Positions 48,636 to 60,939 of a stretch of 64,000 nucleotides of DNA are shown one piece after another. Origin of the DNA: Octopus bimaculoides (Eukaryota); contig NC_068993.1 of the NCBI RefSeq assembly GCF_001194135.2, positions 36,764,259 through 36,828,258 on the forward strand, written 5' to 3'. The position numbers were made by a program, and so were the translations under genes. The stretch's first letter is position 1. Each line of letters starts with the position of its first letter. The notes beneath the pieces were generated by a model that saw nothing but the letters and a program-made list of their open reading frames with translations, made no database searches and was not told the origin of the DNA.

Positions 48636-50256
48636 CTAAAAGAAGAAATAAAATTTTCATTTTTTTCCCCCCTTGGAATTCTATAAAATATTACCATACC
48701 ATGGATGAGACATGGTAAATGAAAGGAGCAAAGCTTCTTTTAGAAAACCTTTCCTGTCTCAAAGTATTTTTTCTCTACTTCATTCATACACTTAAGAAAT
48801 CACAATGATTAACAAGGTACTGAAAGACCAATCACAGCACCAGGTCATTCATGATAAGACAACAGCTCTCACACAGCTTAAGAACACACTTAAGACAGCT
48901 TTCTTTTGTAACCAGTAAGAGCCCACAAAAAATTAATGTATTTTATTAGTTCGACTTGATGAATTAAACTCTTCCTAAGGGTACAAATTTGGTTGAAGGA
49001 GGTGATAGGTTCTACCAAGTTGATTTCATCTAGGAACAAGCCCTTAAATGTAGGGTCTTTACTAGTGACCTTAAACACAACCAAAAAAAAAAAAAAATCT
49101 AAATAGTGATCCACCAATATCAGCTACTGAAGAAAACATCATCAGACAGAATTTTATTGATTCTCAATTGTTGAAGAACAAGTACATAAAACATTTAATT
49201 ATACAAAATTAACATGGCAGTGAGTTACCCTTGGATAAAATTCACTGGTTTGATTTTATGTCCATTTTTTTCATGCTAGCATGGGTTAGATGAATATATA
49301 TTACTGACATTTCACAGCTAATCACAATTCATTTTTTAAATAAGGGATTTTTTTTTTATGCCACATGTCTTCAGAAATCCAGAATTGAGAAATAGTTGTT
49401 GGCAGGGGAATAATCAAATGTTTTTAGCTCAACACTTTTCATACAAAGACATGGAATGTAAATATACATGCATACACACACACAAATGTGTGTCTGTGAG
49501 AGTGATGGGTTTTCTACAGTCTAATAAATTCATTCATTTTACATTTTGTTTCATTCTTCTTGGTTCAGTGTTCAAGTCCAGCTATAGTTGATAACATTAA
49601 ATATCAATAATACACTAAGTTCAATTCAACCAATTACAAGCTTTCACCTTTGTTGCTACATTGATTTAAAAAGGTAATAAACTATTATAACAAACACCAT
49701 AATTATCTGTTATGTATCTAAATTTACATTTCTACATAAAATGTTCTGGGTCATGATGCCCTGAAGAACAACTTTGAACATACAAATCAGAGAAGGAGCT
49801 TCTATATCAGACATGGGCCACCTTTTCTGAGAAGTGGGCTGCATGAGACTTAACTCATCACCAGCCTGGTTACACTACTAAAAGAAATTCAAGGTAATTT
49901 TTCCTTGATGTGCCATTCAGTAAGTCCTGCATGCCACAGTTTGACCATAACTGTTCAACATGATAGCTCTACTCACTAGAAACAGCAGCCAAATCTCTCA
50001 CAAATCACACCATACCAGAACACACTGGACAACAGGGCTGACCTGTGACTAAACAACTACTTTGCATAGATCTACATTCTCAAAAATATTATAAATGAAT
50101 AAAAATTTAAGCACACAGACAGTTTAAAATTCAAGATGGAGCTCTGACATTGTGTTAGGTTTTTTTTTATCTAAATCATTAGGAAGTGATTTTTATTGGA
50201 GAAATCTACTTATTGGAACCTAACTATCAATATCATTAAAACAAGCAAATATTTAC

Positions 50257-50410
50257 CTGACACTAGGTTTTTTATCAAAATCATTTTTCTTGAGGTCAGC
50301 AGCGAGATTTGGTTTAGATCTTCCTTCCACAGCAGGTTCAATCTTATCAACTTTCTTGTCGTTTTTCTCCTTCTTAATCTCTTTGATTTCTTTTCCATCA
50401 CGGGTCTTAT
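50257..50410 (-). CDS. THOC2: THO complex subunit 2 exon (Lys/Glu-rich tail)
   Basis: catttgtag|AT AAG...GTC AG|gtaaat, 154 nt, (N)KTRDGKEIKEIKKEKNDKKVDKIEPAVEGRSKPNLAADLKKNDFDKKPSV. Phase 1 to 2. Confidence 0.88.
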
Positions 50411-51039
50411 CTACAAATGTAAACCAAAATTAATATGCATTTTGTGTGTGTGTGAGAGAGAGAGAGAGATTGAGAGTGTGTGTGCATGTGAGAGAGACAG
50501 ACAGTCAATGTATGCATGCTATTAATATTTACATATGACTTAGTAATTCAGGTGTTGGGCTCACTATCATAATGTCATGGGTTCAATTTCTGAGCTGGGC
50601 AGCATGTTGTGCAAGGCACTATATTCTATGTTGCACCAGTCTGCTCAACTGTAAATAAGGACTAGCCTTGGACTGGTACAGCCTTCCCACCCACTAGCTG
50701 TTACATCCTGAATGTTCTACTGGGTGAAGAGTGGGAAGGCTGAGATGGTATTTCAAGCACAACCCAACAACTATAGTAATTCAGTATCACCCAGCAGAAC
50801 ACCTTAATCTTTCCATTTATTTCATATCGTCATGACAAGGCTACTTTCTTGAACCCAAGTGCTGATGTACAAGATGAAGTTAAAATTAAAATTGCTACAG
50901 TTGAATGATGCCAATGATGGCACCTAGGGTGTAAAAGATTCTACAATAGCAGATGAATGAGCATCAAACATTTAAAAGTGACTGACTGATAGATATGGTA
51001 ATCAAACAGGTGAGTTATAACATTTGAAATTATACTTAC

Positions 51040-51106
51040 TTTCCATTGATTTTCTGGAAATGTCATGTTTGGATGAATGTGAAGTACTTTTTGTTTGATT
51101 CTTTGG
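51040..51106 (-). CDS. THOC2: THO complex subunit 2 exon (start of charged C-terminal tail)
   Basis: aatttcag|CCA...GAA A|gtaagt, 67 nt, PKNQTKSTSHSSKHDISRKSME. Its phase 0 to 1 bridges the flanking exons exactly. Confidence 0.88.
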
Positions 51107-51619
51107 CTGAAATTTATTCCAAAGTATATTAATTATACATATTTGCTGTCATTATTAATTGTTGTTTATTATTTATTTCACAGTGTTACATATAATTACA
51201 GGAACAAACTTTTTACAGTTGGTTGTTCATAATGCTTATCAATCAACCGTTAAGTAACATTGGCACCTGCTTATCAACCACAGAGATGAATAATGGAAAC
51301 AAGATATATGTGCCTACCCATGGATAAAACACAATCAAGTAGTAAACTTCCCATCATTTATATATCAAGATTGACTATGCTTCCATGCATGTTCACCACT
51401 CACTGCATTCCCCTCAATCTCCCAGCCACTCTCCTCTGCACTCATGAACTAACAGCTTACCTACCCACTCAACCAGTCCAATCCACTGGACCACCATCCC
51501 CCACCTACATTTAGCAAGACATCTGCTCCTGTCGCTCTATCATACTATAACCTCTCATCACCTGGCATAAAACCACCTCCCTCAACACTACTCATTTGAA
51601 GAGTTTTATCTTGTGAGTT

Positions 51620-51820
51620 ACCTGGCAACCTCACTAGTGTTGGCGCCATGAAAAAAGCAACCAGTACTCTGTGAAGTGGTTAGTGTTAGGAAGGGTATCC
51701 AGCCATAGAAACCATGCCAAAGCAGACATTGGAGATTAGCTCAGTCTTCTGGTTCGCCAGCTCTAGTCAAACCATCCGATCCATGCCAGCATGGAAAACA
51801 GACATTAAGTGATGATGATT
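51620..51820 (+). mobile_element. RTE-type 3' tail
   Basis: gtggttagtgttaggaagggtatccagccatagaaacc...ccatgccagcatggaaaacagac. Confidence 0.7.
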
Positions 51821-52229
51821 TCTCATTTAGTCAGGAGGGAAGGCAGTGACCATGACACTTTACAGGACCTCCAAGACTGGTGGGAAAATATAGTTCAAAT
51901 GCTTGCAACTGTTAGACTCCACTAAAGACACCGAAGGTGCCATGTGGTGCTGTTAAACCAGGTGATGGATTAAGTCCACCACCCAAGTAAGCCATGGTGG
52001 GATTTGAACTCAGAAACAAGAATCTAATTCTGTTATTTCCAGTTTAATAATATCCTTTTAATAAATTTGTAGTGGAAATATTTACCCACACCCAGTTACA
52101 CACATTGTGCTTATCTGAAAATGATATCAAAAACTTTCAAACATTACCTGTACACAGTGAAGAAAACCCTCAGAACCCGTGGAAGAGGAGACCCAGGAAG
52201 ACAGAGATATCAAAAGGATTAAGCAGTAA

Positions 52230-52430
52230 CATCATCATCAGTTAACAGCGGTTGTTCTTGCTGGCATGGGTTGGGCAGTTTGACAAGGGCTGGCAAGCTA
52301 CAAGACTGTAACAGACTCTAGTCTGATTTGACATGGTTTCTATGGCTGGATGCCCTTCCTAATGCCAACCACTCCGAGAATGTGATGGGTGCATTTATGT
52401 GCCACCAGTATCTGCCACAACTGCAATTTT
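52230..52430 (-). mobile_element. RTE-type 3' tail
   Basis: catcatcatcagttaac..gctggcatgggttgg..ggctggatgcccttcctaatgccaaccactccgag. Confidence 0.75.
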
Positions 52431-52693
52431 ACCACCACAACTGTGATTATACACACACACACACACATACAAATACATATATACACACATATATAAACAC
52501 ATACATATATACATGTACATGCATCCTTTAGATAATTTCTCTGATAACATCAAATTCATTACAACCTTATTACTAGCTACTATATAAAAGCTCCTATGTT
52601 ACCCACTCTCTTTTCCCAAAAACAATATTTACAACAGAAGTAAATATACATTTGACTGACAGAAATTAACAACTGAAACATTTTATTACTTAC

Positions 52694-52769
52694 AGCTTCT
52701 TTGTTTTTGATATGAAATTCATGTTCAGGAACCCACATAGATTTTTTATTTTTCAGTTGACCAGAATAA
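52694..52769 (-). CDS. THOC2: THO complex subunit 2 exon
   Basis: ttattccag|T TAT...GCT|gtaagt, 76 nt, (G)YSGQLKNKKSMWVPEHEFHIKNKEA. Phase 2 to 0. Confidence 0.95.
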
Positions 52770-53029
52770 CTGGAATAAAAATTAAAAAAATTTTAATTAT
52801 CGCCTTCCTACATGGATCAAAATCCATTTCTCTCTCATACACTGCATTTTTGACATGGTTACTAGATAGATGCCCTTCCTATCTCGTACTTCTTTGCAGA
52901 GTGTACTCTAAGTGCATATTTATTTTGGCACCAGAACTAGAGAGGTTGCCTTGTCCATGGCAGGACAAAAGAATGCTCCTTAGTGTTGTCTCTATTGTTT
53001 TGTCATTAGTACACAAGGACTGACTTATA

Positions 53030-53591
53030 GTGGTAGATAGAAGTGAGAGTAATAGAAGAAAATCAGAGCAAAAAAGGAGTGAAAAAGAGTGTTGAAAGAG
53101 GACAAGAGTGATAGGAGGCTGATAGATAACTGCATGATGATTCATGGTAAGGTGATTGAATAAAAACAGTATGAGTGACATGATGGAGGAAGAGAGAACA
53201 TGATAGAAGACAAACTTATGGAAGAAGGAGTATTGTAACTGAGAGAGGAGTGAGAATGATGGAAGTCAATGAATGATGGAAGAGGGGGTAATGTGAGAAC
53301 GACAGACAGAAATGAAGATGGTGATAGTAAGAGAGTGATGAATCCCAACGAGTGATAAGGGAAGGAGTAATGGGGTGAAGAGAGAGAGCGAGTGATGGTA
53401 GCAATAAAGGAGAGTATGTAAGAGGGAGATAAATAGAAAGAGATCCAGTGGAATAATCAGGTGGTGTGAGAGAGAATAACAGTAGAGTGGAAGATTGATA
53501 GGAGAGGAGTGAACAATAATGAAAACAAGGTCTGGGGACCAGTGCATGGAGACTTCATATAAACATTGCTTAGGAGAGATGAAGGAGAGAT

Positions 53592-53650
<59 letters not shown>
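53030..53650. repeat. Degenerate purine-rich (GA/GAT) tract ending in (GA)n
   Basis: Strong G/A bias on the plus strand; (GA)n at about 53590-53650. The overlapping minus-strand ORFs are low-complexity. Confidence 0.8.
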
Positions 53651-53651
<1 letters not shown>

Positions 53652-54284
53652 TCAATTTGTAGGTATTATACACCTCAACCATCATATGATCATATGTAGT
53701 AACATTTGAGGAATAATTAACTATGAAAATAGAAAAAGACCCTATTAGAAATGGCTTTGATTAATGGTAACAAATGTAATTGAACCAATTTCTCTTTGTT
53801 AGTAAACAAAAAAAGAACATACTTTAATAAGAAAACTTTTCCCAATTTAAATAAATTTTGTCAAAAGAATGACATCATGTAAAAAAAAAATACTGTATTT
53901 ACAGGTAAAAATCTGAAACAAAATTAATTATCTCTAATATGAAATGAGTTATTAATCAATATTACATGGTTAGTCGAACATTACTCCGTACAGAACATAG
54001 GACCAGTTTACCAGTTTCTTGGCACATATATTCCTCCCTGGACAGGACACTGGTCCGTCACTAATCTGATGAAGGGTGTACAGCAAGTATTTATCTAATG
54101 AAGTTGTGGGTTATCATTAATGTAACAACAAGATCTAAATCAATGTTTTGATTTAAATATAAATAAATGATGGAAGGCGTTTTCAGATGGTGTGGTATTC
54201 TACAATGGTGGATAGTACAATACAGAGCAAGTTGGTAAGAAAATGGTGGAGTTATTTTAGTGCAATAAAAAAAAATAATCTCAC

Positions 54285-54400
54285 CCCATAGCAAGTGCAT
54301 AAATGTCCGGACGCTTCTCTTTTTCTTCTTGTCGAATTCTGTTCACTCTTCGCTCTAGTGCTTGACCAAACTGCATTACTCTTGGATAATATGGAAGAAT
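54285..54400 (-). CDS. THOC2: THO complex subunit 2 exon
   Basis: tttctag|ATT...ATG GG|gtgaga, 116 nt, [38 protein letters not shown](G). Phase 0 to 2. Confidence 0.95.
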
Positions 54401-54635
54401 CTAGAAACATTTCATGATAAGCATTTATTGGTATTTAAAAATCACAATTATACATTTCTTTGTTTGTTTCCTCGGAGAGAAAAGATTAGCAGAGTGAGGG
54501 ATAAGATAGGATTTAATTTAAGTTTGTTGTGCAACTTAAAAGAAACTGAAGAGAAACATTAATTCAATGGAACAAAAATTAGGTAAAGATACGTATGAAT
54601 GAGGAGAGTTGTGTGAAGTATCATTCCCTAACAGT

Positions 54636-55338
54636 GGAAGGAACCCGTGGAAGAGGGAGACCCAGGAAGACATGGGGTGAGGTGGTGAAGCATGACCTTC
54701 GAACGTTGGGCCTCACAGTGGCAATGACGAAAGACTGACACCTCTGGAGATATGCTGTGATTGAGAAGACCCGGCAAGGAAAGTGAGATCACAGCCGTAG
54801 CCTACACCAGTGTCGCACAACCAGCCCATTTAAAAAGTACTTTTGGATTGTCGGGCGACATGCTGTGCTTGAGGAGACCTACTGAGTCAAGTAAATTAAT
54901 CAAAATCAAATCACATGGAAATTGTAGATGTGGCCGATACCAGTGCTGCGTGACTGGCTCCCATGCTGGTGGCACGCAATAAGCACCATTCATGCGTGGA
55001 TCGTTGCCAGTGCTGCCTGACTGACTCCCTGTGCCAGTGGCATGTAAAAAGCAACATCCGAACGTGGTTGATGCCAGCCCCCCCTGCCCAGATTGGCTCC
55101 TGTGCTGGTGGCATGTAAAAAGCACCATCCGATCATGGCTGATGCCAGTGTTGCCTGACTGGCTCCTGTGCTGGTGGCACATAAAAAGCACCCACTACAC
55201 TCTCGGAGTGGTTGGTGTTAGGAAGGGCATCCAGCTGTAGAAACATTGCCAGATCAGATTGGAGCCTAGCAAACTGTCTAACCCATGCCAGCATGGAAAA
55301 TGGACGTTAAACGATGATGATGATGATGATGATGATGA
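54636..55338 (+). mobile_element. RTE LINE 3' end with four tandem ~50 bp UTR units
   Basis: VEGTRGRG.P.KTW.EVVKHDLRTLGLT...EKTRQGK*, then four ccagt..gactggctcc..gtgctggtggca..aaaagcacc units and a (GAT)n tail. Confidence 0.85.
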
Positions 55339-55514
55339 TACAAAAGGGAACAGGAGCAACTGATTAAAATATACCTACATATAATAATTTGTTAAAATGA
55401 AGAAATTTAATTTAATCATGCTTAAGTCAAGGAACATTTTTTTCACAGCAGTCTATTTCACTAAAAACACTGGAACCATTTCCTGACAGTGTTTCCTTCT
55501 AGGGAGCACATTAA

Positions 55515-55732
55515 CCCTTTAGCATTTAAACTGACCATATCCAGCCAAAATATTCTGTTTTTATCCTCAAACTGGTAAAATCTGGCCTTTCATACCTACC
55601 CTACAGTGTCATTTTTAAAATAAACAACCACATCATTGGAATCTCAAAGCTATGAAATAATGCATGATTAATTTAATATTATGTGAATACACAAAGCATT
55701 ACACTTGACAGAGCAATCTGAATGCTAAAGAG
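55515..55732. mobile_element. piggyBac-like MITE with TTAA target-site duplication
   Basis: TTAA|CCCTTTAGCATT...AATGCTAAAGAG|TTAA. Confidence 0.85.
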
Positions 55733-56153
55733 TTAAGTTGCAAAATAAGTGCTTTAACAAAATATTACTAAAAAAAATAAACATAAAACAAAACTTTTAC
55801 TTCGAACAATAATCTTGCACTAACTAGATACAACAGAAATAGAGAAAACAATCTTTACAGAAAGCACTATCACCTTAAATTCCACAGTTTTTATAGTATT
55901 TTTATTGAGCACTCATGCATATACGATTTTTAAAAGTTTAAATTTAGCCAGTCCTAGTGCTTCTTGATATCATATATTCATCCAATGTATTAAGAATATC
56001 ATATCTACCTCAGGTGTCTGGGTGACACCTGATGGATAATGTGTAAATAAAGCAGATATCTAGAAAAAATTTTCATTGTAATAATAATAATAATAATCCT
56101 GCAAAGCTAGATACAAACAAAACTAAATATTTACAAGTGTAACAATACAAAAC

Positions 56154-56222
56154 CTTTGTGAGAATTATAAGAGAATTCCTGATTTGAATGTAGTTTCTTG
56201 ATTCTAAGCAAGCCACCATAGC
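56154..56222 (-). CDS. THOC2: THO complex subunit 2 exon
   Basis: cttttcag|GCT...AAG|gttttg, 69 nt, AMVACLESRNYIQIRNSLIILTK. Donor is weak but is fixed by the next exon starting ILPYYP. Confidence 0.92.
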
Positions 56223-56878
56223 CTGAAAAGAAAGGATAATTTTGTGAGGCAATGATATGACATACAAAAAAAAAAAAGATACTTGAGATGAGATGTGTTA
56301 ACAAACTTCAGATAAAATTTTTACAATATAAAGGTACAGTAAAGTATTTTAGGATAATTAGCACACAAACTACAGTTGAGTTTTAACCTGAAGCAATTTA
56401 TCAAAGTTCAAGGTAAAGTAAATAAATTTGAAGCCTGAATTTTTTTTTTTATCCCAATTGCAGAGGATTATCTTCATAGTTTCATTATACTTAGAGGCTT
56501 TTTTTTTTTAAACCTATACATGTGTGACAAAATGTTTACACGAAAAATCTTTTGTTTTTCTTTTCTATTCTTAATATGTTTGGAGTATCAAAGCTCATCT
56601 ACGCATGGAATAACTCCACCGTTCTCAACTTCTAATTGAAGACAAAAACTAGACACTAGTTTATATTTTATGGTGACTGGATGGTTGCTAGTCACTGATA
56701 CCTCCTGCCTTCTTTCCAATAAATAGCTAGCTTCTTAATGAAATGATAAGAACTTCAGAGTGGAGTCATCTTACCAAATTCATCACAAACAAAACAAAAT
56801 CAAACTGACTCTCTTCAATATCTTTCATGTACTACATTCTCAGAGAATCCTAACTACTTCACCAGTCATTCTTAAGCA

Positions 56879-57138
56879 CAATAATCCCTTGACTATTGCA
56901 GGTGTTATGTTCCAAAAACCCCCAAGATAGGTGAAAATCTACGAAATAGAAACAGTACTGTACTGCATCGTCATTATCATTTAACATCTGTCCTCCATGC
57001 TAGCATGTTTTTATTATTATTTCTATAATTTGTATGTATTTATTTTATCATAAATGCAAAACAACACCATAGGAGAGCTGACATAAGCTTAAATAATAAA
57101 CTGCAATAGGTGAACCATGATATGGTATGGGATAACAG
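56879..57138. mobile_element. Possible Tigger/pogo-like MITE (CpG-decayed)
   Basis: Left caataatcccttgactattgcaggtgttatgttccaaaaacccc..gataggtgaa; right ataggtgaaccatgatat..gggataacag|ta. Confidence 0.5.
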
Positions 57139-57384
57139 TATTTCAATCCATCCACTATCATTATATTGTTATATCTGATTCCTTATTAAAGACTGGAAAA
57201 TAGACATTCACAGGTCACTGTTATGAAAGATCAATTAAGACCTGTTGCTTGGCTCTGGCAGAAATCTTGGCTTCTTGAGAGGAGTTGTGAAAGATGTTCT
57301 AAATGCAATTATGTCAGCTTGTTGGCTGTTTATTTCTTGCAGTTTGTAGCATGATGACCATTTATATCACTGATGTAAAATGCA

Positions 57385-57530
57385 TGGTATAAGAAGTTTG
57401 CTTCCTAGCTATATGGCTTTTGAGTCAGTCCCATTGTATGATACCTTGGACAAGTGTCTCCAACTATAGCCCTGAAGAGACCAAAGCCTTCGAAATGGAT
57501 TTGGGAGACGGAAACTGCAAGATCCTGTTG
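57385..57530 (+). mobile_element. tRNA-derived SINE head (diverged)
   Basis: gagtcagtcccattg..accttggacaagtgtc..gaccaaagcctt..ggatttgggagacggaaactg. Confidence 0.65.
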
Positions 57531-58268
57531 TGTGTGTGCGTGTGTGCACACATGCATGCATGTGAGCAAGTATTGACATTGTGTGATAGTAGTAAATGAG
57601 TATGACTGTCATTCAAGCAGTGTAATACAGTTTTGATATTCTGTGAAAACATTAGCATGCTAGGAAACAGATAAGGGTTGGCAACAGGAAAAGCATCTGA
57701 CCATAGAAAATCTGCCTCAATAAACTGTCTGACCCATACAATCATGGATTGGACAGAGTTTATCAGGCAGAGTGGATGTTAAAAATGATTAGGATTTTCA
57801 CTAATTAGGGAGGTGACAGCTTGGGATGACTCTTCATCTAAAACATTACTGAATATAGAGAAGAAAATCACAAGATAGCAATATATCTATTATTTTTTTT
57901 CTCCCAAAATAAATGGAAACAGCTTGCAGAAGAGGAAGATGTCATCATGATTTAATATCTGGCTTCAATTCTGGCATGGGTTGTGGAAAGAATTGGGGGA
58001 TCTCCAGATAATGAACATAAACAAGAGAGATCATGAAGGACTGAGATGCATGATGAGAATGTGTGTTGTAGTAGGACCTATCAGATCTAGACCAATATGG
58101 AAAAAAAAAAAAACAGGTGTAAATAATATGATGATGGTAGCAGTGGTGATTATGATGATGATGGTAATGATGCTGTTGTTGCTGATGATGATGCCAAACA
58201 TATTTATCAGGAATATAACTGACTAAAATATATTTTCAAAATTAGTTTTATTATTGTTTTATACTCAC

Positions 58269-58397
58269 TTTTGTTATTCGGAAATGCCATTTGTGACATA
58301 CATGTCTGTAGTTTTCGTAATCCAGCTGATCAGCTTTGTTTATGTTATCTGATCCTTTACGGATTACACTGACAAAGCCAGGATAGTTAGCACATTC
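58269..58397 (-). CDS. THOC2: THO complex subunit 2 exon
   Basis: tttttgag|GAA...AAA|gtgagt, 129 nt, [43 protein letters not shown]. Not in the ORF track; found by reading the minus strand. Confidence 0.95.
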
Positions 58398-58744
58398 CTC
58401 AAAAAGGGGTTAAAAAAAGACAAAAAAAAAATGAATTTCAATTTTGTAAATGCAATATATTTCAACAGAAGCAAAAAGTTTTTTTAATGTATAAGTGGGT
58501 ATACAGGTTGGAATTTGAACCTTGAAAAGAAAGAAAAAAAAAAGAGGTAAAACATCCAAAAACCAAGGGTCGTCTAAAACACCATGTATAAAATTTGAAC
58601 CTTAACTTGCTGTAGTTTAGAGTGTCATGCATGGCGAAGGAGAATAGCATAAAACATTTGCATAGCACCTATGGTCCTACCACTAAATATTTGTGACTGA
58701 AACTTAACAGATATGTTTGGGAAGTTAGATTAATGGTAAGGTTA

Positions 58745-59070
58745 TATTAAAATAAATATAATCTGGCACTCCAATACTTATGATGATGAGGATTTCAGTT
58801 GACCCTATCAACAAAACAGCTCATAAAATTAATGTGCAAATGATAGACACTGTACCTTTAAAGTAGTTAGTTCTCAAGGAGAGCCAGCATGATACAGAAT
58901 GTGATAAGAGTGACCCTCTGATATACAGGTACTATTCATTTTTGCCAGCTAAGAGGACTAGAACAATGTGAAATAAAGTGTCTTGCTCAAGAACACGATG
59001 TACAGCTAGGAATAGAGCACATGGCCTTATAATCATGAACCAAATACCTTAACCACTAAGCCACACATCT
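58745..59070 (-). mobile_element. tRNA-derived SINE (family of 9565-9771), long copy
   Basis: tggcactcc..ttcatttttgccagct..aatgtgaaataaagtgtcttgctcaagaacac..ccttaaccactaagccac. Confidence 0.7.
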
Positions 59071-60029
59071 TGACCAGAAAAAAGAAAAACAAAATAAGAA
59101 ACCTGTCTAACACACATTCAGATAGCAGCTGACGATACATCACGCACCTCCCAGCTACTGCATCAAGGGTGAAATATTCCCAGGATAGTCTTATGCAATA
59201 AGTATAGCTCAAAGCAAACATCTTAAAAGGAAATTCTGGGGTTGTCTTATATACCCTGTCTGCTTATACACCGATGTGTATGGTATTTACTGATATTTTA
59301 AATGGCTATTCCTGATATTTACAATAAATTTCTACTGCAGGTTACAAATAATTCTGATTACCGATATGGTGCAATGTGATTATCTACTGATCAGCTCTAC
59401 TAAAAAAAGAGAAAGCTAATTAATTAAATAACACTTTGTAACACAATTTTTGTCCTTTCAGAGTAATTATTATTTTCTATTTGCTAACCCCCTAGAAAGT
59501 ATGAAAAATGGCTAATATTTCCCTCAAACTTTGCTTTTATTGCATTTATTCAAACCCTAAAGAATCCCTCTCAATACATAGCTATGAAGCTCCCCCACTA
59601 CTCCTGCTCATGACTGGAGATACACATATTGTCAGCCACTATGCTCAAATGGTCAAGGATAAGCAACTAACGAGCAAATCTCTGGTAACGAGCAGAATAT
59701 TTGCTATAACGATATTTCTGCTTCAGCAACTCAGAACTGAATCTGTGAGATGTAATAGAAAATAGGTCAATTTCAAAACATTGATGCCCAGGACACAAAA
59801 GCAAAGTCTGAATGTCATTTCCTGTGATTTCTTGATAAAAGCAAATAGGAAATAACACTTAATGACCAAAAACAAAAAAAAAAATTTGTTACGCAGTGTA
59901 ATTTAAAATTTCTTTCCAGCCATATTGTTTCTTAGTCCTGCTTAAAAGTTCATTCAAATTTTTTTTTTTAAATCAGAAATATTTCTCCTTTTTAAGTATT
60001 TTCCTAGAATCTAACAGGCTAGCACTTAC

Positions 60030-60158
60030 TTTTTCATATGTGACTTTGTCGCTGTGCCATTTCATAATAGTTTCCAATGCGGCACATAGAAATCGTCCAT
60101 AGCGGTGTGCTTCATTTTCTGTGCAGCTAGTTACAGTGTATGTGATGTCACAGAAAAT
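60030..60158 (-). CDS. THOC2: THO complex subunit 2 exon
   Basis: ttgccag|ATT...AAA|gtaagt, 129 nt, [43 protein letters not shown] (THOC2 SCTENEAxRYGRFLC motif). Phase 0 to 0. Confidence 0.96.
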
Positions 60159-60939
60159 CTGGCAATACAAACAAAACATTAGGTACATTAATAAGTATAC
60201 AACAAAATGTAAGATACATTAATAAGATATGCTAATACTCGTCATTAGCCACATTAATAAGTATACAAGAAAATGTAAGAGTAAAGCAACTTTGACAATA
60301 ACAGTAAAAGGTCCCTGAAGTTTTGAAATTCTTCAAAATATGGTAACTGATTATTAAAAAGTTACTAATTTATTACATACTGGTAAATTATAGGTGCAGG
60401 TGTGGCTGTGTGGTTAAGAAATCTGCATTGCAACNNNNNNNNNNNNNNNNNNNNNNNNNNNNNNNNNNNNNNNNNNNNNNNNNNNNNNNNNNNNNNNNNN
60501 NNNNNNNNNNNNNNNNNNNNNNNNNNNNNNNNNNNNNNNNNNNNNNNNNNNNNNNNNNNNNNNNNNNNNNNNNNNNNNNNNNNNNNNNNNNNNNNNNNNN
60601 NNNNNNNNNNNNNNNNNNNNNNNNNNNNNNNNNNNNNNNNNNNNNNNNNNGGTAAATTATAGGTGCAGGTGTGGCTGTGTGGTTAAGAAATCTGCATTGC
60701 AACCAAATAGTTGGGTTAGCAACAGGAAGAGTATGTGGTTGTAATAAACTCTATCCAACACCTCCAAGTACAGGAAAATGGACAATAAAATGATGGTGGT
60801 AGTGGTGGTGGTAAAATAAAATTCATTAATTATAACTTTTACAATGATTTCTCAGTAACTACTAGTAACTGAAAAGGCAAGTAAAGAATTTAAAACATAT
60901 TTTTATGTAGAATCACAATTCAAAATTCGTGAAGGGATA

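Noticed and set aside
53142-53685. Several overlapping 60-140 aa ORFs, also 38318-38557 and 23211-23408
   Set aside because: Purine/pyrimidine-skewed low-complexity DNA lacks stop codons on one strand.
54930-55200. Repeat-spacer-like periodicity reminiscent of a CRISPR array
   Set aside because: Units are degenerate, the intervening sequences are related to each other, there are no cas genes, and the block lies in a LINE 3' UTR of a eukaryote.
60382-60703. Identical 53-bp sequence on both sides of the gap (60382-60434 and 60651-60703)
   Set aside because: Most likely overlapping contig ends (assembly artefact), not a biological direct repeat.
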